Below, one piece after another: positions 19,372-27,343 of a DNA stretch of 64,000 bases. Position numbers and translations under genes: made by a program. The notes beneath the pieces are model-generated. The model searched no databases. It had not been told where the DNA came from and was given only the letters and a program-made list of their open reading frames with translations. Source of the DNA: Pirellulales bacterium. Lineage in GTDB: Bacteria > Planctomycetota > Planctomycetia > Pirellulales > UBA1268. Each line of letters opens with the position of its first letter. Positions within the stretch are counted from its first letter, which is position 1. Where the stretch lies: contig JBBAVV010000022.1 of assembly GCA_040397545.1 (NCBI GenBank), positions 4,174 through 68,173 on the forward strand, given 5' to 3'.

Positions 19372-20330
19372 AACAGGCGATTGTGAACGGGGCGACCGGA
19401 TTCATCGGTTCCGCGCTGGTGCGGCAACTGGTGGCCGATGGGGTGGAGGTATTGGGGCTGGGCCGTCGGGCCGCCGATGCGTTACCGATCCACCGACTCC
19501 CTACCGCAGAGAGCTTTCGCTACCGTACGCTGCCGCTCGACGAAACGGAACGTCTGCCGGACGTGGTGCGCGAGGCGGGTTTCCCTGTCGATGATTGCGT
19601 GTTTTTCAACATTGCGTGGTGGGGCACCGAGAAGGTGTCGGACTTCGGCGTCCATGCGCAGCTGAGAAACGTCATCCGCGCAACGGCCTCATTGGCTGCG
19701 TCAGCTGCAGTCGGCTGCCGGCTTTTCGTGCACGCCGGTTCTATGGAGGAGCATTTTGCCGAGGCCTATGTTGGACTCGATTATCACCAGTCCAATGCCT
19801 CCAACCGGCACATTATCTATGCGTTGTCGAAGTGCGGGGCCAAGCGGATGCTCAAGATGCTCCACGCCGATTCACAAACACCGGTTGTCTTGACGACGTT
19901 CTCTCATGTCATGGGGGTTGATGACGGCAAAGATTCTTTTCTTCAGGTTGCCTTGGACAAGTTTCTTCATGGGGGGGATCTCTCTTTTACGTCAGGAGAG
20001 CAAATCTTCGACACGATCCATGTCTCTGATGTAACGCGCGGCTTGGTGAGCGTTGGCAAGCATGGCCGGCCTGGCCAAGATTATTGGATCGGGTCGGGGC
20101 ATGCCCGGCGGCTGCGAGAGTACGTGGAGGAGATGGCAAGGCTCTACCCGCCCGGGCAGGAGCTCGGTTTCGGCAGGGTGAGTTTCAGCGACGTCATCCT
20201 GCCGAAGGAGCTTTTTGCAATAGATCTCATCAGGGAGCATACCGGCTTCGAGCCAAGGGTCTCTTTCGAGATGATGGTCAGGGAACTTGCCGTCTGGCTG
20301 AAGGAGCGCCGGGCGAAGGCCGGGCGCTGA
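19368..20330 (+). CDS. NAD(P)-dependent epimerase/dehydratase/reductase (SDR)
   Basis: 'MKQAIVNGATGFIGSALVRQL' and 'YALSKCGAKRM'. ATGA overlap with the previous SDR gene. Confidence 0.85.
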   Translation: MKQAIVNGATGFIGSALVRQLVADGVEVLGLGRRAADALPIHRLPTAESFRYRTLPLDETERLPDVVREAGFPVDDCVFFNIAWWGTEKVSDFGVHAQLRNVIRATASLAASAAVGCRLFVHAGSMEEHFAEAYVGLDYHQSNASNRHIIYALSKCGAKRMLKMLHADSQTPVVLTTFSHVMGVDDGKDSFLQVALDKFLHGGDLSFTSGEQIFDTIHVSDVTRGLVSVGKHGRPGQDYWIGSGHARRLREYVEEMARLYPPGQELGFGRVSFSDVILPKELFAIDLIREHTGFEPRVSFEMMVRELAVWLKERRAKAGR

Positions 20331-20766
20331 CGCTCGGCAGAAGAACGCTTCACCAGCTTCTCTCGCCAAGTGTTCGCCTCGGTCCAAACGATCGTTGAAT
20401 GCATCGTGGCGACAAAAGCGGATCCCACCGCAAGGGTCTCGAATCTAACCAACGACCGGTGTTTTGTTATTATGGCATGGCGCCCGAGTCCGTCGCCGTT
20501 GGTGGAAGATTCTCGGGGCAGATACTGGTGGTTTTCTTTTCTCGCTGTCGAACCCGCCCAACAGGACGCCTTGCGACACTCGCTCGGATCGCTCATGGAA
20601 TACCGCTTCCGGTTCGTCGTCGGGGGGAGCCGGATCACGCTCGACTCGAGCGATAGCCTGCCGTGGTTTGGTAGAGCCGCCGCTCAATGCGGCGAACAAG
20701 AGCTTCCGGGAGAACTCGGGGGTGTCGTGGGTGAAGGAGCGGTATGCAAGACTTTGTTTGTTGCCC

Positions 20767-21558
20767 ATGCAGAGGAGGCCGTCCCTGATGGTCAGAAAGT
20801 TGTCGATGATTGCCACGGAGCGGGTGAAGTCCGGGGAATGGCTTCCGCCGTGGACTGTGGCCGAGCATGAGGCGAGGTATGCCTTCGCGAGCCGGTTCGT
20901 GCGCGGACTGGCGGTGGTCGACTGCGCATCGGGGAACGGAAACGGCGCTGCGGTGTTTCTCCGGAGCGAACCCGCCTCCCTCGTCGGCTTTGACGTCGAT
21001 CAGGAGGCGGTCGATGCCGCCAACTCCGCGTTGGGGACTGACCTTGCCTCGTTCCGGCGGGCGGAAGCCACGGCGCTCCCCGCGGGGGATGCAACGGCTG
21101 ACGTGTTCATCAGTCTGGAGACGGTCGAGCACATCGAGGACGACCGTGGATTTCTCGGTGAGGTGGCACGGGTGTTGAAGCCGGACGGGTTGTTCATCTG
21201 CTCGACACCGAATCGTTCGGTTACCAATCCGGGGACGGGCCTCACCGACCGCCCCTGGAATCCGTTTCATGTCAGGGAATACACGCCGCTCGAGTACCTC
21301 GATCTCCTCACCGAGCGGTTCGAGGTGGTCGGTTGGTACGGACAAAACAGGACTGCCGGCGCCAAGGTGCGATGGCTGGAGTGGATCGCCGGTATCTTCG
21401 GCCCGAAGGTGGCGGTGCGAATCAACCAGGCCTGGAAGTGCCGCTGGTTTCTTGTGGCCGGGGACGCGGTCCACCGAGTGACCGAATCGGCCCCGGATCA
21501 CCACGACGAATATATGGTGGCCGTCTGCCGCCCCAAGGCCAAGCAGCCGGATCGATGA
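20767..21558 (+). CDS. Class I SAM-dependent methyltransferase
   Basis: 'VVDCASGNGNGAAVF' (motif I) and 'VFISLETVEHIEDDRGFLGEVARVLKPDGLFICSTPNR'. The start is uncertain (ATG 20767, 20788 or 20803). Confidence 0.8.
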   Translation: MQRRPSLMVRKLSMIATERVKSGEWLPPWTVAEHEARYAFASRFVRGLAVVDCASGNGNGAAVFLRSEPASLVGFDVDQEAVDAANSALGTDLASFRRAEATALPAGDATADVFISLETVEHIEDDRGFLGEVARVLKPDGLFICSTPNRSVTNPGTGLTDRPWNPFHVREYTPLEYLDLLTERFEVVGWYGQNRTAGAKVRWLEWIAGIFGPKVAVRINQAWKCRWFLVAGDAVHRVTESAPDHHDEYMVAVCRPKAKQPDR

Positions 21559-21911
21559 CCACGTCGCCGCGGATCTCCGCCGTGATTCCTGTCTCCAACG
21601 CCCCGGCCGACGGCGAGGATACGTTCCGTGCGGTCGTCACCGGCACCGAAATCGAGTACTGGCTCCGAATCATGAGCCTGAGCGACGGCTTCGATGCGCG
21701 GCCGGTCGGCTCTTACGGTCGGCCCCTACCGGATCCATGCCAAGGCGGCGGCGACGGGACTGGCCGGCGTGACAGTGCGCGACTTCCTCCACCTGGCGCG
21801 ACTGCAGGAGGCGAGGGAGAGCGCGTCGCTCCGCTCGACCTGCGGATCATCGCGTTGAAAACACGCTTCAAGAGTCTGCTGCGGCCGATGATCTTGCGTC
21901 TGCTGGGGTGA
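21555..21911 (+). pseudogene. Decayed family-2 glycosyltransferase (paralog of 17289..18125): internal deletion plus two compensating frameshifts
   Basis: It starts 'MTTSPRISAVIPVSNAP...' (GT2 N-terminus) and jumps after about 30 aa to 'EIEYWLRIMSL...ARPVG'. That aligns with the C-terminal 'DVEYWLRLLGV...VKPVG' of the intact GT2. The next about 34 ancestral codons are only readable in the +1 frame ('YRIHAKAAATGLAGVTVRDFLHLARLQEARE' versus 'YRIHADAATTRLAAVTVEDFVRTARKQVDRG'). The original frame then resumes ('LDLRIIALKTRFKSLLRPMILRLLG' versus 'FDFRVVRAKSWLKSKVRQALYKTLG'). Confidence 0.65.
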
Positions 21912-22905
21912 CCGTGCACGGGGCGCCGGCCCCCCCCGACCCGAGGGCCGGTTTCCAGCGGACAGGCTCCGTTGGACTGGAACGCGCCGTTTCCGCGACG
22001 ATGAAAATGGGCCTGTTCTTCCCCTGAAAGTAGACCCGGCTGACGTATTCCCCGACGATTGCCGTGGCGACGAGGTTCGCGCCGCCGAGCATGAAGGCGA
22101 GCACGAGCAGCGATGTCCAGCCGCGGACCGCTTGGCCGCCGAAGACGAATTGGCCGACCAACGTGGTCGCCAAGTAGGCGCCGGCGACGAGGCACACGAC
22201 GATCCCGAGAATCAGCGACAGTCGAATCGGCACTTTGGAATACCCGAACAGACCGTCGAGGGCCCCTTCGATCCTTCTGGCCACGCTGTAGCGGGTGGTG
22301 CCGGCGTAGCGCCCGGGGCGATCGTAGGGAATGCCGATCTGCTTGAATCCCACCCAGCTCCGCATGCCACGGATGAGGCGATCGCGTTCGGGCATCTGGG
22401 CGATCAGCTTGGCGACCCGCTGGCTCATCAGCCCGAAGTCGCCGGCGTCGAGCGGAATTGGCCGCTCGGAGATGGCGTTGAAAAGTCGGTAGAACGACGC
22501 GAAGCAGAACCGGAGCCAGAGCGGCTCCTTGCGGTTTTTCCGGACACCGTAGACGACGTCGTAGCCATGCCGGAAATGATCGAGGAAATCGACGATCAAT
22601 TCCGGCGGGTCTTGGAGATCGGCATCGAGGAACACGACGGCGTCCCCGGATGCATGCTGCATGCCGGCGGTGATCGCGGCCTGGTGGCCGAAGTTTCTCG
22701 AGAGTTGGACGAGCACCCACTGCAGATTGCCGACGACTGGCAGGGCACGGATGCTGCCGGGGGTGTCGTCCGTGCTGCCGTCGTCGACGAAGACGGCTTC
22801 GAACTCGACATCCGACAGGCCGGACGTGACGCCGCGCAACCGGGACCAGAGTGCCGGGAGGTTTTCCGATTCATTGAGAACGGGAATGACCAGCGAAACA
22901 AGCAT
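21868..22905 (-). CDS. Polyprenyl-phosphate glycosyltransferase (GtrB/ArnC/DPM1-like GT2)
   Basis: 'MLVSLVIPVLNESENL...EAVFVDDGSTDDT...SRNFGHQAAITAGMQHASGDAVVFLDADLQDPPE...VVYGVRKNRKE' plus two C-terminal TM helices. Start at ATG 22905; the ORF extends to 23172. Confidence 0.9.
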   Translation of the reverse strand: MLVSLVIPVLNESENLPALWSRLRGVTSGLSDVEFEAVFVDDGSTDDTPGSIRALPVVGNLQWVLVQLSRNFGHQAAITAGMQHASGDAVVFLDADLQDPPELIVDFLDHFRHGYDVVYGVRKNRKEPLWLRFCFASFYRLFNAISERPIPLDAGDFGLMSQRVAKLIAQMPERDRLIRGMRSWVGFKQIGIPYDRPGRYAGTTRYSVARRIEGALDGLFGYSKVPIRLSLILGIVVCLVAGAYLATTLVGQFVFGGQAVRGWTSLLVLAFMLGGANLVATAIVGEYVSRVYFQGKNRPIFIVAETARSSPTEPVRWKPALGSGGAGAPCTVTPADARSSAAADS

Positions 22906-23065
22906 GAAAGCACCAAGGGGACCCGATGGAGCGTGTCGCCGGACCGGGGGCCATTCTCGATCCGTATTTTCCGCGTAACATACCAGAAAATCGGTGTATT
23001 CTGCATGCCCCCGTCCGGGAAAGCCTGATGGGTCGGTGAGGGTCTTTTCATGGGAAGGGCGGTTG

Positions 23066-24856
23066 ATGGAAAACTCGAGGGGACGCCGGACTTGGCCGCC
23101 ATCGCGCGATCTCCTGGCGGTCGTGATCGTGGGTGTGATGGCGGTGTTGTGTTGGTGTGCCGCCAATGACAAATGGACATGGCGGTCGTTGACCTACCCC
23201 ATGACGTATCTCGACGACCTGGAGCGATCGGACTTCTTTTCGACTGCCGCCTACATCAAGGCCTCCGACAACTGGCTCGGCCTGCCGTTCCTCTGGAAGA
23301 CGGTGCCGGAACTGGGGGCCCCCTACGACGGCAACTGGAACGACTTCCCCTCGCCCGATGAAGTCGTGCTGGGGATTCAGGCCGTTCTCGTCAAGTGCCT
23401 CGGGCTGTTCGCCGGTTTGAACGCGAGCTTCGCGCTGGCACACGTCCTGGCGGCAGCGGCCTTCTATCTCACCGCCCGGCTTTCGGCGTGCAACAGGCTG
23501 TGGTCATTCGTCGGTGCGCTCGCCTTCGGCGTGGCGCCGTACATCTTCGCCCAGTCGCCGCACCACATGCAGGTCGCGTATGTCTGGCCGGTGGCTTTTT
23601 TTCCGCTCGTGTGGCGGTGGTGTGCCTCGGACGCCTTCGATCCTTCGGCGTCGCCACCCGGTCCGCGGCGGGCACTCTGGTTGGCGATCGGCATCGCCTT
23701 CGTCTCGGGGGTCCACTTCGTCTACTACACGAACGTCCTTTGTCAGTTGGTGCTCCTCACGTCCCTGGTCCGGTGCTGGCAGCGGCGGTCTCTGGCCCCA
23801 CTGCGGCCGGGCTTGGCCATCATTGCCGCCGCCGCCGCCGGTTTCGCGCTCATGAACATCGACTCCTGGACCTACCGGCTCTTCCACGAGCCGAACGTCA
23901 ACGCCTTCGTGCGCGAATACAAGTGGCTCGAGTTGTACGGACTCAAGCTCAAGGATCTCTTCATCCCGCCGATGAACCACCGCTCCGAGGTGTTCGCCTC
24001 GTTTTCAAAGGCGCACTGGCAGGCAGCGCCGCTGCTCGATGAACGGTCTTCGTATCTCGGGATCATCGGGATCGGGGCGTTTCTCTGGCTGTTGCTCACC
24101 GGCCTGCGGGCGATGGTCGAGCGCCGGGAGCGCGACGTCCCACTCGAGGTCTGGCAGATCCTCTGGATCGTGCTCATGTTCACCACGGGTGGGCTCAATG
24201 CGATCATCGGATCGGCTGGAATCACGATGTTCCGTGCCGGCTGTCGCTACAGCGTCGTCATTCTTGTGATTTCGCTGCTCTGGGCGGCACGGCGGCTGAC
24301 CGTTCTCCAGGCGAGATCCGAGGAATCACACCCCGGAGAGGCGACGACATGGCAGTGGTACGCTGTCGCATCGGCAGTCGGAATGATGGTGTTGTGGGAC
24401 CAGGTTCCCCGCCCTCCCACGGCCCAAGAGACCACCTCGATCATCCGCCAGGTCGATGCCGACCGCGAGTTCGCCGGGAAAATGGAGGCGGCGCTTCCCG
24501 CGGGGGCGATGGTCTTCCAGCTGCCGATCATGGAGTTCCCCGAGATGCCGGCGCCGGGGGTTCCCCCGTACGACCATTTTCGTTCTTATCTCTACAGTAA
24601 GAACCTCCGCTATTCATTCGGATCGATGAAGGGACGCCCGCGCGAGGCGTGGCAGAAAGAGCTCGGCAAGCGATCGCTCGAGGAGGCTGTTGCCGAAATC
24701 AAGAAGCGGGGCTTTGCGGCGATCTACATCAACCGCAACGGCTTCCCCGATCGGGCCCTGCCGGTGGAGAAGGCGCTGCGGGCGATGGGTTACACCAAGC
24801 CGCCGATTGTGAGCGCCACCGGCGACTTGGTCTGTATCCCACTCGAGAAGCCCTGA
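23066..24856 (+). CDS. Polytopic membrane protein, possible GT-C-type glycosyltransferase
   Basis: 596 aa with many hydrophobic helices in the first about 400 aa. An acidic first loop 'YPMTYLDDLERSD' follows TM1, and a soluble C-terminal domain follows the membrane region. It is divergent from the GtrB-like gene. The family call is by context only. Confidence 0.6.
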   Translation: MENSRGRRTWPPSRDLLAVVIVGVMAVLCWCAANDKWTWRSLTYPMTYLDDLERSDFFSTAAYIKASDNWLGLPFLWKTVPELGAPYDGNWNDFPSPDEVVLGIQAVLVKCLGLFAGLNASFALAHVLAAAAFYLTARLSACNRLWSFVGALAFGVAPYIFAQSPHHMQVAYVWPVAFFPLVWRWCASDAFDPSASPPGPRRALWLAIGIAFVSGVHFVYYTNVLCQLVLLTSLVRCWQRRSLAPLRPGLAIIAAAAAGFALMNIDSWTYRLFHEPNVNAFVREYKWLELYGLKLKDLFIPPMNHRSEVFASFSKAHWQAAPLLDERSSYLGIIGIGAFLWLLLTGLRAMVERRERDVPLEVWQILWIVLMFTTGGLNAIIGSAGITMFRAGCRYSVVILVISLLWAARRLTVLQARSEESHPGEATTWQWYAVASAVGMMVLWDQVPRPPTAQETTSIIRQVDADREFAGKMEAALPAGAMVFQLPIMEFPEMPAPGVPPYDHFRSYLYSKNLRYSFGSMKGRPREAWQKELGKRSLEEAVAEIKKRGFAAIYINRNGFPDRALPVEKALRAMGYTKPPIVSATGDLVCIPLEKP

Positions 24857-24857
24857 T

Positions 24858-24889
24858 CGGTCCGATCGTCGAGACGGAGATGCGGACCG
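24858..24889. terminator. Hairpin between convergent genes (CGGTCCG...CGGACCG, extendable by ATC/GAT), followed by TTTGG
   Basis: Inverted repeat read directly. It sits exactly between stop 24856 (+) and stop 24896 (-). The loop is long and the U-tract short, so it is weak. Confidence 0.35.
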
Positions 24890-24895
24890 TTTGGC

Positions 24896-25831
24896 TCAAG
24901 GGGCTCTGCGGCCAGGCTGCGGCCCGCGCCGGGCGTGCGCACCGAACTCCAGGCTCCGCCCCGCGGCGTCGCTGCAGGTGAGAGGACCGGAGGTGATCCC
25001 TTGGCCGTCTCCCCCCGCGACGACGGCGAGCGCTTCGGCCAGCCGCCGCGCCGTCCAACCGGCGGAGTGGCAGGAGAGGAGCAGGGGGCCTGCTGCCGGC
25101 GCGGGGACGAGCCCGGCGAGATCGGCGAGGAGGAGAGGGAGATCGCGGTCGATGGCGAAGGCTTGCCCCTTCGGCCCGTGGCCCCAGGACGGAGGATCGA
25201 GGACGACGCCGTCATAGCGGCTGCCACGCCGCAGTTCCCGCTGCACGAACACCCGCGCGTCTTCGCACACGAACCGGATCGGGGCGGTTGCGAGCCCTGA
25301 AGCTTCTGCATTGCGCCGGGCGAGGCCGATCGCCTGTCGGGAGGCGTCGACATGGACCACCTCGGCGCCGGCCGCGGCCAGCGCCAGCGTGGCGGCCCCG
25401 GAGTGGGCAAAGAGGGAGAGGATCCGTGTACCGCGATGTGTCACTCGCTCGAGCCAGGTCCATTGCGGCGCCTGCTCCAAGAACAGCCCGGTCTGGCCGG
25501 AGGCGGCGGGGCGGACCTCGAGGTGGAGTGTCGTGGCATGGAGCGGGATCGCCACCCGCCAGGGGGCGGGAAACGGCCGGAATTGTCGCCAGCCACGGGG
25601 GAGTTCAGGCGCCTGTTCCCCTGTCCAGATGCGGCTTTCCCCCCCCGGTCCACCGGTGTAACTTAGAGAGGCTTCAGCCCACAGGCTGGGGAGGCGACGG
25701 GGGAGCCTCGCCTGGGGGAGGGGTCGATCGACGAGGACGCCGGCGAGGCGTTCGAGCCGGCGGCCCTGTCCGAAGTCAATGAGTGTCGCCGTTTTATCGC
25801 CGGGGGAAGACGGGTCTGGGGGGGTGGCCAT
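24896..25831 (-). CDS. Class I SAM-dependent (RlmI/YwbD-like) methyltransferase
   Basis: 'ILSLFAHSGAATLALAAAGAEVVHVDASRQAIGLARRNAE...RYDGVVLDPPSWGHGPKG'. Confidence 0.85.
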   Translation of the reverse strand: MATPPDPSSPGDKTATLIDFGQGRRLERLAGVLVDRPLPQARLPRRLPSLWAEASLSYTGGPGGESRIWTGEQAPELPRGWRQFRPFPAPWRVAIPLHATTLHLEVRPAASGQTGLFLEQAPQWTWLERVTHRGTRILSLFAHSGAATLALAAAGAEVVHVDASRQAIGLARRNAEASGLATAPIRFVCEDARVFVQRELRRGSRYDGVVLDPPSWGHGPKGQAFAIDRDLPLLLADLAGLVPAPAAGPLLLSCHSAGWTARRLAEALAVVAGGDGQGITSGPLTCSDAAGRSLEFGAHARRGPQPGRRAP

Positions 25832-25957
25832 GATGCCTCAAGGATACGTCGCCCCCGGGCCGTTCCCAATTCCACCACATTCCCTTCGCTCGATCCACGC
25901 TCGCAGCGGTGGTGCCGTTTTGCATCGCCCTCGAGGTTGCCCATCAGGAGACTTGTC

Positions 25958-27343
25958 ATGCGCTGCTCGATCGATTCCTTGCTCATCGCCGTCCGTCGGG
26001 CTGTCGCCGCTGCCGGATGCGTGGCCTTTGTGACCACGGGAAACGCGACGTTCGCGGAGCCGGAAGCGCGGGCCGTGACCGCGCGGGGGCTTGAGCAAAC
26101 CGCCGACGACGCGATCGCCAAGCTCGTCGACTTCCTCCAGCATCCTGAAGGAGGGCCTGAAGGAGGGCCTGAAGGGGGGGCTCGTTCTCCTCATCACGCC
26201 CCGCAGCCGAATCAAGAAGTGCAAGCCGGGCCCCCGGCGGGCTGGGGAGGGCCGCTTGTTCCGGGGCAGGGGGGAGCGATCGTCCTGCCGCCGAAGGTGG
26301 CGGTGTTCTCCTTCGATGTCGAAGTCGGGGCGGACGGCAAGGTGAAGCAGGGCTCCGGTGGACCCGCAGGCTTCACCTTCGACTCGATCGAAGGTCTCGA
26401 AGGGATTATCGCCCGGCACGTGCAGTCGATGCAGGGCCCGTCCCAGCCGCAACCCCAGCCACTCCAGCAGCCGCAGCCGCCGCAGGGACCGCACCATCCA
26501 GGGCAGCCCCATCATCCGCAGCCCAATCATCCGCAGCCCAATCAATACGGGCAGCCCCAGTTCCAGGCGCCGCTTCCGCCGCATGTCCCAACCCCATTCC
26601 CTCCGCCGGCGATGGCTCCCGTACCCTTTGATGTTCAGAACATCCGTGCGCACGCCCACGTCACCCAACAGCTCGATCAGATTCTCGGCAAGCTCGATCG
26701 CCTCGAGGCCCGTCTCGGAGGGCCCTCTCCGCAGGGCCAGCCGCCGTTTGCGCCGCTGCCGCACGGTGGTCCGCGTCAGTCGGGTCCTCAGCGCGGCGGC
26801 CCGGGGCCTCAGTTCCACGGTCGAATGGTGCCCCCCGGACAGCATCAGCCCGGCCCCGGTCCTGGTGGCCCCAATCCCGACGAGCTCAACCGCCGCTTCG
26901 AGGAGCACGCCCGTGATCTCCACCGCCACGTCGAAGAGATGGCCAGGGGGCTCGGTGAGAAGCTTAAAGGTGCGGCAGGTGGTGGCGAGGAGCTGCGGCA
27001 GATGCTTGAGAAGCTGGCAAAGACGCACGAGCAGCTCCAGGATCGGTTCCAGGACATCCGCCGCCGCTTCGCCGAGCAGCAGGAGCGGATCGAGCGCCTC
27101 GAGCAGGAGGTGAGGCGGCTCCATGAGGCGCACGGCGTCGGCCGTGCCGAGGGAGAGAAGCGTGATCGGAAGCACGGGGAGAAAGGTGCGAAGCAGAGGG
27201 ACGGGGAGAAGGGGAAGAAGGGTGATCGGGAGCGCGACGAGACGGGGGCGAAGCGAAGGGACGCAGAGAAGCAGGGGGCTGCACCTGGAGCGACGCAAAC
27301 GCCGAACGTCTCGTACGAAGGCGAGGAAAGCGCGTCGCTGTGA
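25958..27343 (+). CDS. Secreted low-complexity Pro/Gln/His-rich protein with charged coiled-coil C-terminus
   Basis: RBS AGGAG (25946-25950) precedes ATG 25958. Signal-like 'LLIAVRRAVAAAGCVAFVTTGNATFA'. 'GGPEGGPEGG' comes from a 12-bp x3 repeat at 26145-26180, and 'HHPQPNHPQPN' from a 15-bp x2.3 repeat at 26511-26544. The C-terminus reads 'EKRDRKHGEKGAKQRDGEKGKKGDRERDE'. Confidence 0.6.
   Translation: MRCSIDSLLIAVRRAVAAAGCVAFVTTGNATFAEPEARAVTARGLEQTADDAIAKLVDFLQHPEGGPEGGPEGGARSPHHAPQPNQEVQAGPPAGWGGPLVPGQGGAIVLPPKVAVFSFDVEVGADGKVKQGSGGPAGFTFDSIEGLEGIIARHVQSMQGPSQPQPQPLQQPQPPQGPHHPGQPHHPQPNHPQPNQYGQPQFQAPLPPHVPTPFPPPAMAPVPFDVQNIRAHAHVTQQLDQILGKLDRLEARLGGPSPQGQPPFAPLPHGGPRQSGPQRGGPGPQFHGRMVPPGQHQPGPGPGGPNPDELNRRFEEHARDLHRHVEEMARGLGEKLKGAAGGGEELRQMLEKLAKTHEQLQDRFQDIRRRFAEQQERIERLEQEVRRLHEAHGVGRAEGEKRDRKHGEKGAKQRDGEKGKKGDRERDETGAKRRDAEKQGAAPGATQTPNVSYEGEESASL

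Noticed and set aside
20331-20766. About 440-bp spacer between the third SDR and the methyltransferase, with ORFs 20370..20870(+), 20445..20816(-) and 20144..20638(-).
   Set aside because: None shows a recognisable motif or convincing composition. It may be a degraded gene (a gmhA relic was looked for but no SIS-like motif was seen) or an extended methyltransferase leader. This cannot be decided by eye.
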